Positions 32,501-45,000 are shown, numbered from the whole stretch's first letter. The stretch: DNA of 62,668 nt, filler included, from Vannella sp. (GCA_023345925.1; 7 parts of 7 records of this genome joined end to end with filler, not necessarily neighbours in it); one strand, 5' to 3'. The notes: generated by a model not told the origin, from the sequence alone. Program-made: numbers and translations.

Positions 32501-34363
32501 CAATAGGTCCAGCAACGCAAAACCAATCCAAATCAGTACCCCAAGGTTGCATTGCTCGTACTCTGCAAACTGTTGATCTGTTTGACTCGCTTTCTTCAAT
32601 AGGAGAAGAAAACTCTGCGTAAAGGAAATTGAAGACATCCTTTTGCTGTACAGAAGATACTATCAGCCACTTTCCATCGGTGAGGAAGTAGCTCTGGTGT
32701 GTCCAAAGACCATAAGGATGATCAAGTATACTAGCCATCTTAAACTCGGTTGTTTGAGAGCTCCAGTCCACTGCGAACTTGAAAATGACGACTTCTTTGC
32801 TTGCTGCAGCCCGCTCAGCATCACTTTTTGAGTCCAGCTCTTCCAATAGCTTTTCTTTGGAAGCCAAGTCCATCCTTTCAGATTGAGAACTACGCACAGT
32901 TGCTTCTCTTTCCTCGCCTGAATGACTCTCTTCACCTTCCTCCTCCATTAGGTCCTCCGCTTCGACTTGGCTGGCACTAGCTGGGTGGCCTGTGGCGAAG
33001 TAGATAAACTCTCCTTCAGAAAAGATTGATGCGATCTCTCTGGTTTCGTTCCCCTTAGGCCAATCAAGTTGGAGGGCAAATGATTCACTTGTTGAAAGCT
33101 TCACACATTGAACGGCTCTTTGACTGGGAGAGTACCACAACAAAATACCTCTGATACACGCGATATGTCTTGGATAAGGCATTCCAGGTAGAGTACACTC
33201 TTCTTGACTTTCCTCTGGTGGGATTGTCCAAAGAAGTTCGTGGTGGATATTCTTCACCTTTCCTTCATCATGCAGAAAGATGCAATGCTCAAGATCCTCA
33301 CTTTGGCCGTCCAGACCCCTTTGACCTTTGGATTTGCTCATTTTCCTCTGTTTCTTGTAATCAATTGCAATACAACGGAGCCCCGTGGGATAAGGAGAGA
33401 GATCTTTCTGGTCTACAATTGAGTCAGAAATAGAACCGTTCGGATGAGATATCCCCTACACTTCTTTCGGTCAGGTATGATGACAGGAAACAACCCAAAG
33501 CTATGAAAGCATTGTGGCTCGGAAAAAGCCACCGTGAAGAGTCTCTGAAGGGCAGAGGTGAATCCAGTTTCCTCTGACAGATGCTCAGAGAGACCAAATT
33601 CATCCCTATACTGCAAGAGATGGTTCGAAGCCTTCAGTAGGCAGCTCACAGAGCCAGTGAGTAGCCCAAAGTCCAGAAAACTGAGAATGCACTTCTCTAC
33701 TGGAAGCAGTTCGTTGGGCTGAGAGCGAAGGTGAGAGCTTGTCTTAGAACGGAGGAATTCGATGAGAGTCTCAATCCAGTCTCTCACTTGGTTGATGAAA
33801 CGAGCTGGGTGCTGAAGGCGGGGACTGTTCGTATGAAGCAAATTGATCACCTCAGAAATCTTCATTTCCTGCCCGTTCTTGATCAAAGAGGCGATACACT
33901 CTAAGCTAACATCAAAGGGTATCGATTGGTAGGCGGAAAGCAAAGGAGCGATCATGTCAAGGCAGAGATCCAACGAAGGATTCGGGGTGGCGCCAAGGTT
34001 GTTGGCCCTTTGGCATCCTCGACGAGTTCTAGCTCGTTCTTGAGATAGGAACTTCTGTTGTAAGACAAACTGTCGCTTCTGCATCAAGTTTTGATGCTCC
34101 TTGAACGGAAAGGAGGAAAGGAGGAGATCTATTTGATCTCGAAGCTGCTTTGTCAAAGACGCAAAGTGATCGCTTCTATCCTCATCATTAGGTAATCTTG
34201 TGGGAGGAATCAGTCGCGGTGCGACAGGCTTGTACTGGCTCACAGAGGCGAAAGGGCGACCAGTAAAGAAGGAGCGTTCTGTGTACGAATGAACCGGATG
34301 CTGATCAGCAAAGATATCCTGTAGCTTCAAGTTCTCCCAGTACTCTCTATCAGCCTCTTCCAT
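26570..34363 (-). CDS. Giant (>2500 aa) SPRY-domain protein resembling HERC1/HECTD4-type ubiquitin ligases, 3'-truncated
   Basis: ORFs 33413-34510 and 26514-33341 are joined by one short intron (KK-Y|QKDLSPYP). CUB-like VESKHPY..LRFDPRS..NWGFRLEV; LLDLERSI; SPRY FYFEVEI..GDVIGLLL..FTKNGK..MNFGDRPF. No HECT domain is present in the window, and the start codon is uncertain. Confidence 0.7.
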
Positions 34364-34528
34364 TACTGCCAACTGCGACGCAGAAGGACTCCCAAATGGT
34401 GCCTCCTTCTCCTTTGGTTGCGCAAACTCCTCCACCGCTGGCCACCCAGAAACTGAGTAAAACTCGTGCTTTGACAAAGATCTTGGCTTCTTAGAAGCAC
34501 TTTGCAACAAATCATTTCATTCGCCCTG

Positions 34529-35193
34529 ATGGAGGTTGAACGGCGAGTGGCCCGTTTGGAGGCGGAAGTGGGTACTTGTGAAGGAGGCGGGCTAGGAGAG
34601 CGTGTTCAAACGGTTTACTTGAAGCTCCACGAGCTGTTGGAGCGCCTCTCGCCCTCATTTGGGGCCCTTCTGGAGAAGAGTAGGCGATCTTCACGATGAA
34701 AGAGGCGTGCTCAATCATCATGGCGCCAGATGCGTTGGAAGACAAAATTGCTACCACACAATGGTCTGGTATGCAATGGGATGCCAAGCTCGAGCTCCTC
34801 CTAGCAGGACAACAACGTGTGCAGACACAGCAGCAGCAGCTGAAACAACTCGTAGAGCTCTCCCAGTTCATCAACACGGAACCAATCCAAGGTGATACCT
34901 CCATTAGCCCAACGACACTGCCTCACCCAAGCTGCAGATCTGCTGCTGACCGATACCCAGCTTCCTGGTGTCTGTGGGAGGCAAGCCCAGCAGATGCAGT
35001 TGGCTCTTTTAGTACAAAGCAAGCTTGAAGAGCTGCAAGATAACTTCAACCGCATAGTAAGTCACTTCGAGTCTTCCTTTACACTTCCTCATGGACTGGT
35101 TGAAAGGCAGAGCTGCTTTCTCTCCGTTTCCTCGAGATGGACCAGCAACTCACCCGTTGGGAGCGAGACCTTCTCACAGCTACTTCCGAATGA
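34529..35193 (+). CDS. DCTN3: Dynactin subunit 3 (p22/p24)-like, 4 exons
   Basis: Spliced product VERRVARLEAEV..AKLELLLAGQQ..LEELQDNFNRI..LLSLRFLEMDQQLTRWE is collinear with DCTN3. Confidence 0.65.
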
Positions 35194-35475
35194 ATCTGTT
35201 CTTCTAGCGATACGCCAAGTGATAGGGAGGAGGATGAGCCCTTCTGCGAGGTTCATCAATCTTTTGTCCTTTGTCTTTTGGGCTACGCGCCTCTTTCCGT
35301 GCGGGGCTGTTTTTCGGTTTGGTTTAGTCTTAGCGGCTCTGTTGATCCTCATTTGAGGGGGACCAACATAATCACTTCGAGCGAGGCGAAGGACGAGATC
35401 TTGTCCCGATCCTTCGTTTTTTCAAGAAAAAAAAAGAAAAAAAAAGCTTTTATTCTTTTGTCGCCCAAGAGGCTA

Positions 35476-35902
35476 ATGGAGCGCGCATTGGTGCATCTGT
35501 TCACACGGAGATCTTGTTGTCTATGTGAACCTGCTAAGGAAGCGCTTCTGGCAGCTCAAGCAAAGGTAAGGAGACGTCAACAAGGCGAGACTGAAAACAG
35601 GGTAGATCCCTTTTGATATCTGTGTTGTTGATATAGAGGAGGACACCAGGGAGATCCCCTGTCCCCCAGCAGCTGAACGCGAAGTTGTTCGAGAACGGAA
35701 AAAGCTCGCTATTCTCGACCCTACGTCCCCCCTCTTAGCCATGGAAGACAAGGATGTACCGTGGTACCGTTTGGCCTACTTCTACCACATCCCCGTGGTC
35801 CACGTCAACGGCAGAGAGATCGCCCGGCATCGCCTTGATGAAGGTGAGTTGATGATGCACCTTGAGGCACTTTCCAAGGCACACACTTGTATAAAGGAGT
35901 GA
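35476..35902 (+). CDS. Glutaredoxin-like DUF836 protein
   Basis: LFTRRSCCLCEPAK|IPFDICVVDI..YFYHIPVVHVNGREIARHRLD; one intron. Confidence 0.85.
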
Positions 35903-35926
35903 GAAGAAGACCATTTGATTGGGGAG

Positions 35927-37482
35927 ATGAGTGATACGCGCGGGGTGGTCGTCTTGGACAATGGATCTGGCTCTGTTAAGGCGGGTTTGGACCAAGTGAT
36001 GACGTATGTTGTAGAGATATTCCCAATGTATCTCTGCTTACCTGCATACAGCATGCCAAACGCGATTATGAGGAGTGGAGGCTCAAAACAAGTGTACGTG
36101 GGCGATGAGATGATTTATTCGGGTGCAGAAGCGAGCTACGCTACTGCCAAATGGTGGAAAAGACCTTCTGAAAGAGGAATTGTTGTGGACTGGGCTCTGC
36201 AGCAGAAGATCTGGGACAGAGCCTTCCACAACATCCTCCGTGATGAAAGCTGCGTCTCTTCTGAGGACTTATCATTCGAAGAGCTGGGATTACTGTACAC
36301 ACAACCTCCTATGTGTCCTCCTTTGCTACAGAACGTGACACACGAAGTAGCCTTCGAGTTATACGGGTTTGACAGCATCTATCGATGTTCTCCCTCTTTC
36401 CTTGCTTTACAGCACCATCGAGAGCAGACGAAGACTCGGTATGGAAGAGACCTTATTCAGTGCTGTGAATCTGATCGTTCTGCCTTCGTACAGCTCGCCC
36501 TGCACGATTGTAGTGGACTCGGGATACTCGTCCACGCATATTATGCCTTTTGTGGGAGGAGAGCTCATCTCTGAAGGTGTCGAACGGTACTATTATCTCA
36601 AAGATCGAAGCTGATTCTCCTATTCATCTTTGGGGCTCAGCATCAACGTGGGAGGGAAGCTGATGGACAACTATCTCAAAGAGATTATCTCCTTCCGCCA
36701 ATGGAACGTTTTAGAGGAGTCCTTCATGATGACTCATGTCAAGGAGCAGTTCTGCTTCGTTTCTATGAACTTTGCGAAGGATTTGAAACTCTCTCGGTGA
36801 GGATCACTTTTCCGAAAGTCTCTGAATGCTGACATGTCTTATCGTGTGAATAGTATCAGTCATGATCTACATCGCTATTGGGTCCTCCCAAGCGCAAAAG
36901 GAGACATGGGGCACGTGAAGGTGGGTTCAATGGGAAAGGTATGGTGTCTGCTAAACTCTCTGAATAGAATGCCAGTACTATGGCCAATGCTCAGATGCTG
37001 AAAATGAACAACGAAAGATTCTCAGTTCCTGAGATACTCTTCAATCCCACAAACATCGGTCAGTTTGAAGCGAAACAATATGTTATGGAGTTGCAACTCA
37101 TCTGTCTTAGGTCTTCAACAAGCTGGAATTGTAGAAGCCATAGTCCAATCTGTTGAGAGCTGCCCTGCATTATTGCATGAGGCTTTATACTCTGATATTT
37201 GTTTGATTGGAGGGAACACTCTCCTTCCGAACTATCGAGAGAGACTGGAGAGGGAATTACGGACCTTGGTCCCCACAGACTTTGCCCTCAATGTCACGCA
37301 GGCTGAAAAGTATGAGACATGCAATTTCGCTCCCATTTCTGACACTCCACAGTCCCATCACAGCATGTTGGCAAGGCGGCAACCTCATTGTTGGAAACGG
37401 CCTGTTCACTAGATTGTCTGCTTCTCGCGAAGAATACGAAGAGGAAGGCCACAATGGTAAACTCAAAACATTCCAAAACTAA
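35927..37482 (+). CDS. ACTR6: Actin-related protein 6 (SWR1 complex), multi-exon
   Basis: VVLDNGSGSVKAG, RPSERGIVVDW, VVDSGYSSTHI, NVGGKLMDNYLKEIISFRQ and NERFSVPEILFNP. Confidence 0.9.
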
Positions 37483-37527
37483 GAAATGAAGGCGGTCACC
37501 CTAATCGAGGAGTGGACTGAGAAGATA

Positions 37528-37653
37528 CACCGCCCCAGTCAACCACGTCCGCTGGCCTCATTGAAAAGTACCTCTAAATTTGCTCGGGACACATTTGAAA
37601 AGTACCTCTAAAGTCGATCGGAACCTTTACCAGTCAACTTTTTATGGGTTTTT
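37528..37653 (+). repeat. Dispersed non-coding repeat, copy 2, with an internal 18-bp direct repeat
   Basis: Matches rc(1-92). TTGAAAAGTACCTCTAAA occurs at 37561 and 37595, with a degenerate third copy near 37695. Confidence 0.85.
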
Positions 37654-38247
37654 GGTTGAGTGGCTTTTTAGGCTCATTTGGAACCCCCAAACGATGGAAA
37701 AGTAGCCCTCTAAAAACATATAAAATCGTCATTCGCGTTGATGCTAGTCGATTTTGGAAGCACTTTTCGACGGGGTCAGCAGGTTTCTCACAACCAATCC
37801 ACTTTCCAACAAATTCGCTTTCTACCCACCAAATCCCTTCATTCTGATTCTCTACCGACCATGCAGTTCCCGATAAGAGTGTTGTGCAACTTCGAGAATG
37901 TATTTTTAGATTTTTTCTTTGAACAAGATCTTTGGTACGCCCTGCGCTGCCCATTTACTCTCTGTCATGGAGGAGGGCCGTGCTCCAATGCTTAGCCCGA
38001 GGATGCGCATGGGGTCAGAGGTGTTTAGGCCGGTGATAGAGGAAAGGCGGAAAAGCATTTTCAAGTGGGGCTTGGGGATGCCCAAGTCTCCCCGCGTGAA
38101 GGGCCGCCCGCTTTATGTTGCCAGGTCGGAAGTAGGCTTTAAGAAACGACCTTCACGTGTTGTTGGTATGGAGGGTGCACCAAAGACTCTGTCTGTGGTC
38201 TTCAACAACGTGTGTTCTCTTTCTTTACTCTAAAACTGCCTCTAACC

Positions 38248-39380
38248 ATGGCTCTGGCGCAGATCCTCTTCGATGATGAGGAGCTTTTCATTCTACGATA
38301 CGTCTTCGCGCATGAGCCTGACTTTGAGAAGCACAGAGAGCTCACACGTGCTATCGTCGAGATAGCCATGCTTGAGGGTTCGATAATCGAGCTGCTTTCC
38401 GACACGATTAGGCGCGAACAAGGCAACCAAGGTGAGTGAACGCAACAAAAACTTCTTGACGCTTATCAATGGCAGACTGCTTCCCACTTGGGCCCTACCC
38501 GGTGGTGGAACTCGCTGAGACGCGTGGAAAGAAACGACTCGTTTACTCTCACTCAGCAACCGAGTTCAAGCCATGGATGCTATTTCAGTCTCTTGTGATA
38601 CTAAGAGGAGTCTCTGTGATACGTAACATTGACACGCAAGCCAACCGCATATGTGGGGAGCTCTTCAAAAAGCTTCAAGCCCTGGATCCCGCAAGCCCCC
38701 TTCAGATGAGTGAGACAACTGTTGTCAATAAGGACCATCCTCTCTCTATCTGTTTGACCACTCTCTTCCCGGGACATCCAGAGGCTCTGCTTCTTCCAGA
38801 CCTGTTCTCGACCTCCAAGGAGCTCGTGAAGCTTGTTCTCGAGAAGATCCACGGCAACATATCGTGGGACATCAAGCGTATGATTGACAGTTACATGGCA
38901 TTCTGTCAGACCGAGAATGTCTCCGATGAGTCGAAGAATCGCTTCTACTTTTGGTGTATTCTCTTCCCATTCCTTAATCTCACCACCATTATCACCCGCA
39001 AGCGAAGTCAGATGTCCCCAGACACTTTTGGCATCTATTTAATGTGTTTCCTGCTCCTCCGTGAGAGTGCTCTGACCGAGGGGAGTATGTTCGTGTCTAT
39101 TTCAGCGGCAGATCAAGAGAAACTTGAAGTGATGAATCAGCTGTTCTTGACAATAATTCAATTGATGGAGCTCAAGGAGGAACGTAACTTGGGGGACAAA
39201 GTACTGAACATGGACTCAACGCTTGATGAAGATCGAAGTCAAAGTCTTCTTGTCCAATCAGTCAACGCCCATATCGAACCAATCTATGAAGAGCTCCTCC
39301 GAGAACCAGAGAAGAATCAAACTCTACTGACAAGGCTCACACCATTTGTACAGGTTGGGTTTTGCAAGATATTTCATTAA
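38248..39380 (+). CDS. Uncharacterised helical protein with weak RasGAP-fold resemblance
   Basis: Two exons (GTGAGT donor near 38432). LTRAIVEIAMLEGSIIELLSDTIRRE resembles the start of a RasGAP domain, but no arginine finger or FLR motif is seen. The 3' end is uncertain. Confidence 0.55.
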
Positions 39381-39434
39381 CTAAAGGTTCTTTGTGTTAT
39401 CAAAGACGGTTTGGAAGCTTGGTTCGATTTGAAC

Positions 39435-41402
39435 TCAATCTGCGAAGAATTCACGCGAGCTGAGTCGCTCTTCGTCCAAGTCCAAGCCCAAATCTTCAGC
39501 CAAACCGCGGGCAAGTTCCGGTGCTCCTTGTCTAAAGTAACCAGCAATGATGAATTCGTAGGTTTCTTCTGTGGGGGAAAGGCCAGCATCCAAAATTTTC
39601 TCTAGAAAGCCGGTACCGCTTTTCATGTCTCCCACTCGGCAAACACACCAGAGAAGGTGGTGGAATGTTACGAGATTCGGTTCGATTCCATTGTCTTTCA
39701 TAAGGCGCTTGAACTTCAGGGCTTCAGATAGTGTTGATTCTCGAACAGCGGCATGAAGTAACCAGTTGAGGGTGTCTCTACTTGGAGATATTCTCTCAGA
39801 TTCCATCCATTCAAAAATGCGTTTTGCCTGGGAGAAGTTCCTTAGTCGAGCGTATCCTTCAATGAGTACATTGAAAAGGTTTCGGAATGGTTCTTTTCTG
39901 TACTGCTCCTCGATGGATTGAAGCAGAAGCTGAGCAATACGGTTCTCTCCACGGACTGTGATTAAATTCTCGATCACTTTTTGGTACGCTGGAATGGGAT
40001 CCAGGTTTTCATACTCTCTGACCAGCATCCCTAAGTAGGATTCGGCTCTACCATAGTCCTGTATGGCATTTGAGTACGAAATCAGCATAAGAAATGTGTT
40101 CTCGTCTGGAAGGATACCTCGGTCTGCTCTCTCTTTGAGATGCGCGTCTATCTCTTTCCACCCCTTAATTGAAGTGTTCTCATGGGTCAAGTCTTCAAGG
40201 AAGAGGTTGTAAGTGTCCGTAGAAGGAGAAAGATGTTTTCCAACCCTATTCAACCTCGCCAAGACACTCTCCGCTTTCTCCTCATCTCCATCAATAAGAT
40301 ACATGGCGATGGTGATGTTATGCATCCTCAACGTATCTGGAAGAGGAAATCGGTTTGTCATTCGATGCAAAAAGTCTCTTGCTTGAGATAATTCTCTGTT
40401 TCGCAGCAAATGCTCAATAAGAGACATGTAGAAGTTCATGTTAGTCATGAAGACGGGTGGAATCTCCTGCAGTACTTGATGAAAGTCATCCATTCGGTCC
40501 TCATCCGCGTAGAACCTGAGAAAGTCGTCAGCAGTGTCTGACCCAATCGCTATTTTCTTAGTTCTCATGGAGGAGAAGAGCTCTCGAGCCTTATTGATAG
40601 CTTGTGCTTGTAGGTAACCTCTGATCATCAATGAATTGGCTTCTGTGGAGTCCTTAAGAGGTTCATAGAGCTTATCAGCATCGCTGAGCATGCCCAACTG
40701 GACAAAGTGCCATAACAGCTGCACTTGGAGTGTCTGAGAGGGGAACAGACGTGCAGAAGTCATATCTTTGAGAACAGAGGATACTTCTCTCGTCTTCCTG
40801 AGCTTCATGTGAGCGAGGAGGATGTACTCAAACGTTAGGGCGCTGGGATTGATTCCATTCTCACTCATAACAGGCCATAGTGCCAATATACCTTCCCATT
40901 GCTCTTGTTGACGAAGCGTTTGCATAAGCAGCTCGAAAGTGCGAAGATTCAACGTGATCCCGCCCTTCTGCGCTTGGTAGAACGTTGTTACAGCAAGATC
41001 TGGGGCTCCAGCGACGCAGTAGCCCTCTATCATGTCATTGACAAGTTCCTTACGTAATGGCATGCCTTGAGAGTGCATACTCTGGACGTAGTGGGCTACT
41101 CTTGCGAACTTTTGATGAGATAACGCCACTCTGATCAAGTTCTCCAGTTCTGTTTGCGTGGTAGGGATGTTCTTCTGCTTCATGAGTCCTTGAACCGTCT
41201 CTGCATCGACGAGGTTGTCTGCTTGAAGAGCCTGATGGAACAAGCGGGACAACACCGCCCCCTCTGAGAGCTCCAAGATCTTACCCTCGCCTGCGCAGTG
41301 TGCGGATGAGAGGCATCTCCCAGTTGTACGAGCAGTTGGCACACGCCTCAGCGCGCTCATCTCCATTCCCCAGCGCCAGGATCTTGTTACCCGGCCCAGC
41401 AT
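39435..41402 (-). CDS. Mitochondrion-targeted pentatricopeptide repeat (PPR) protein
   Basis: Arg/Ser-rich presequence; ~35-aa repeats such as FNVLIEGYARLRNFSQAKRIFEWMESERISPS and GIEPNLVTFHHLLWCVCRVGD. Confidence 0.9.
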   Translation of the reverse strand: MLGRVTRSWRWGMEMSALRRVPTARTTGRCLSSAHCAGEGKILELSEGAVLSRLFHQALQADNLVDAETVQGLMKQKNIPTTQTELENLIRVALSHQKFARVAHYVQSMHSQGMPLRKELVNDMIEGYCVAGAPDLAVTTFYQAQKGGITLNLRTFELLMQTLRQQEQWEGILALWPVMSENGINPSALTFEYILLAHMKLRKTREVSSVLKDMTSARLFPSQTLQVQLLWHFVQLGMLSDADKLYEPLKDSTEANSLMIRGYLQAQAINKARELFSSMRTKKIAIGSDTADDFLRFYADEDRMDDFHQVLQEIPPVFMTNMNFYMSLIEHLLRNRELSQARDFLHRMTNRFPLPDTLRMHNITIAMYLIDGDEEKAESVLARLNRVGKHLSPSTDTYNLFLEDLTHENTSIKGWKEIDAHLKERADRGILPDENTFLMLISYSNAIQDYGRAESYLGMLVREYENLDPIPAYQKVIENLITVRGENRIAQLLLQSIEEQYRKEPFRNLFNVLIEGYARLRNFSQAKRIFEWMESERISPSRDTLNWLLHAAVRESTLSEALKFKRLMKDNGIEPNLVTFHHLLWCVCRVGDMKSGTGFLEKILDAGLSPTEETYEFIIAGYFRQGAPELARGLAEDLGLDLDEERLSSREFFAD

Positions 41403-41699
41403 GCGCAAAGGAAGTGCATTCCCAGGACATTTCACCTCCCTCCGCGGGCAAGTGCGAGGAAAGATGGTTCGTCCACTTTCATAGCTCTCTGACCTCTCCT
41501 CTTCACCTTCTTGTCCAAGACCTTGTCTCCTTCTCCATCCCTTCTGGTTTCTCTTTGGCTTCTCTCAGACTCGCCCCTCTTCCTACCAAGACGAGTCACT
41601 TGCGACACTGTGAGATCAGGCTTGCCTGACATAACAAAGGCAAACACTTTCATTAGGAGCGAGGAGAGATCCATCCGGTTGGCGATACGCATGGGGTGA

Positions 41700-41894
41700 C
41701 CACATGTCTGGCTCTTTCAAGGCCAAGGAGCTGCTCTCACTGGAGGAAAGGTCATACTAGGATCTAAATCAAGAGCCTGTAATGTTCCATCAAGCAAAAA
41801 GAGCGGGATCTTGCACTTTCAACCTGCATTTGAGCTCATGCGGTCCCAAACCAAGTTCTCCACTCTGATGAGGTTCTCCAGTTCTGTTTGCGTG
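41700..41894. pseudogene. Scrambled fragments of a PPR paralogue
   Basis: 41860-41894 matches 41126-41160 at 33/35 nt. Plus-strand pieces FKAKELLS and MFHQAKRAG resemble PPR NKARELFS and TFYQAQKGG in the opposite orientation. Confidence 0.5.
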
Positions 41895-41991
41895 ATGACA
41901 TGTCAATACGCTATCCCTTGAGCCAGTTATGACGCCTTCAGAAGGAGCAGAGGGGCATGTCGCCCTCTTCTCTCCCGCCTCTTCAAAGAGC

Positions 41992-42091
41992 NNNNNNNNN
42001 NNNNNNNNNNNNNNNNNNNNNNNNNNNNNNNNNNNTTAATTAATTAANNNNNNNNNNNNNNNNNNNNNNNNNNNNNNNNNNNNNNNNNNNN
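41992..42091. other. Artificial contig spacer
   Basis: N44-TTAATTAATTAA-N44. Confidence 0.99.
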
Positions 42092-45000
42092 AAGTTAGCC
42101 AGAGCTTCGTCTTCCATGCGCTGGCGAGAAGCAGCCAGCTACACAAGTAAGTGAATTGAAGTGATGCGTCTTAAGAGGGAGGCAGAGGGTGGAAGGCTTA
42201 CCTCATCGTCCTCATTGGGGAGCTCTTCCAAGTCCTCTTCAGGGTTTCGGATGTCATCAAAGTCGGGGCGCAACACAGGTGGGTCAACGGGTGGGATCTC
42301 CAACACTGTTTTGCTCAACAGGTCTTCTTCCCACACTTGGCTGTGATACAAGTAGCCCCCACACGCATCAGAGTACTCGAAGGGATAAGGTGTCCGCCGG
42401 AGCACTTCGATAGACTCATAGATCTTAAAGAACTTGGTGTAGCGTGCAAAGTTGATGAGTTCTCCCACCTCTGTTGGCATGGCAGTCACAGTAGAGAGCT
42501 CGACCATGAGGTTATCTGAAGGCATTCTTAGGTGAGTGTGCGGGTAGGGCCAAGTAAGACGAAGAGTGAGTGACTTACCGATGAGGGGAATGCATGCGCG
42601 GCTGCGCGCATCCTTCTCCAAGGCTTTGAGACCCTCCAGGTTCTCGAGTGTCTCCGCGTGCTCGTCCATTTCATCGCAAATAGAAACAGGAACCCACTCC
42701 CAGATACTTGGGAGGTTCTCTCGGAGCCATTGAAGGCCTCTTATCAGAGCCACATAAGTAGAGAAGTTGAATAACTCTTTCACTTTCTGCCAGGACCTTG
42801 GGTTATACTCAAAGGAAGGGAAGAAAGAAACAAGAAGAGGAGGGGAGGAAAGGGGTGGAGAGAGGGAGAGAGAGAGGGAGGAAGTATTGGCCCAATAACA
42901 CTTACTGAAGTCACGCAAATGAGTACAGCAAGACATCTGTACCTGGCTTCATAATCTTTCTGACGGAGAACCTCTGTTATGACCCAGCGGCGCACCACAT
43001 CACTATTGTTGACCATGGCAAAGATATTTGGAGAGCCTCCCTCCATGAGACACTCGCGTGGTTGAATGGATGCGAAGAAGTTCCATTCTAGCAGGCATAG
43101 CTGCTGAGCAATAGCGTCATCATCAAAGTCCAAGAGTGTTTTTCCTTCATAGGGAGAAGGGGCTACTTCCTCGCCCTCCACAGGCTCCTGCCGAGAAAGG
43201 AATCCAAGGAACCGAGACTCTGGAGTGGGTAGAGGCTGCATGGCATTCTTGTTAAGGGTTTTACGCAGAGCATCTACTGAGGTCTTGAGAAGGGTATTCT
43301 CCTCTGACCAAGACTGAGCTACATCCAGGACACGCTGCTCGAACTCCTTGTTCGTGAGAAAGTCTTCCGGATACTTGTTGGCCCAGGTGCGGAGTAAGTT
43401 CATCAGGCGCAGATGAATGGGCACCATACACGAAGACTGAAACTTGGCCATTTGTTGCTTTGAGGGATTGGCAGGCCGTGGCATCTCAAAGCGATTGACG
43501 AGGAGGTCAAGGATCCGGTCTGGAGAGGAGAACAACTGGTAGGTCATTAGCATGGACATGGTGGGATTCATGTCAGACACATCATGAAGAGTCAGTCGCT
43601 CAATAATCTTGACATCTGTAGCCGCCAAGACGGGACGAATCCCGTCATGAGGGGAGCCCTCCCCGTAAATGATGACTTCCTCCGTGTCAGGTTTGTCAAA
43701 GAGGTAGGAAGACTTCTTTTCGAGCTCTCCATAGGGTAGATCCGGGGTTTGATCGTCTACAGTACCATCACGACCCTCTCGTTTAATAGAGAGTGCGTAG
43801 CACTGTTGCTCAGGCAGCGCTTCGACAGCCAACAGATAATCCTGCATGAAGACAACCTCCTCGAGACAGTACGGGGTATTCTGGTAGGTTTGGATCTCTG
43901 AAATGATGCGAGCAAGCTGTCTACGCTTGGCAATGTTGATGTAGCCGTTAGCAAGGTTGTCTTTGTTGCCCTCCTCGACGAAAGTCAAGTCCGTGAGGTA
44001 CATTCCCAAGTAGGGGATGCAGGGAGGGTTGACGTTGTGAAGGTAACTGCGAAAGTTACGATAACTAAAGTCCCTAGACATCAAGGCGCGCATCTCCTCG
44101 AACATGGCGACGTATTTGCGCGGTAAACCTGCCCATGTCTGCTTCAGGCGGAAGATTGAGGACGAATTGAGTCCTGAGATGATCTCCATGAGAGCGTTGA
44201 AGTTGTTGAGTTGCTTACACGCCTCTGCAACGTCCAGGACGTGCTTGAGGATCATTGTCCGCTTGGTAAGGTCGGGACAGCGGACAATCTCGGAGGAGAA
44301 CCACGTGCTCACAAAGTTGAAGCGATGAATCATCGCAAGGATGTTTGGCGCCAACACCTCTTTGCGTTTGGACATCCAGTTCTGCCCCACGCACTCGGAA
44401 GGTTTGATGGCCGAGTAAAGGCGGTATTCTATCAGAGTCAGCTGTCTAGCGAGTTCTAGAGGATGGTAGTTGAGGAGAACGATGTCTCCTGGTCCTCCCT
44501 TGCTCTGTGGAAGAAGAATGGGCTTGGGAGTGGGAGTGGTGAAGAGAAGAGTGACTTCCTTCTCTGAAGCTTTCTCCTAAAGAGTAGGGCCTCATTAGAG
44601 GCAACTTCAGGGCTTCACAAAGGAACTAACCTTCTTCTCAATGGTAGAGAGGAGCGTCTGAGCTGGGGCTGGCAGTGAAGCGACCATGGTGGTGTTGATA
44701 AAGTCGAGAAGCTTCTTCCCGAGCTCGCTGTTGGCAAAGTCATAGTACGCGTTATTCAGCCAACCTTTCAGAATGTTGAACACTCTGACAAGCCCTTCGT
44801 AAGTCCGAAGGACGAGCAAGAACAGAGAAAGGAGGCCACGCACCTAAGCCGCACTGTTTTCATGGAGCTCGCCAGCTCGTCTGCTGACCCACCTTCAGAG
44901 GGGGTGAGATTGTATCGAGCAATCAGTAGGTCCAGCAGTTCAGCTGGGGTGGTGAAGGAGCGAAAGGTCAACATGAACGCCTGCGCGTACTTGGCGTCTG

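Noticed and set aside
35424..35445. A-rich tract as a retroelement tail
   Set aside because: No target-site duplication or element body is visible; probably a simple intergenic poly(A) tract.
37561..37715. Direct repeats TTGAAAAGTACCTCTAAA as a CRISPR array
   Set aside because: Only two exact copies, 16 nt apart, plus one degenerate copy; eukaryotic context with no cas genes. Better explained as part of a dispersed repeat.
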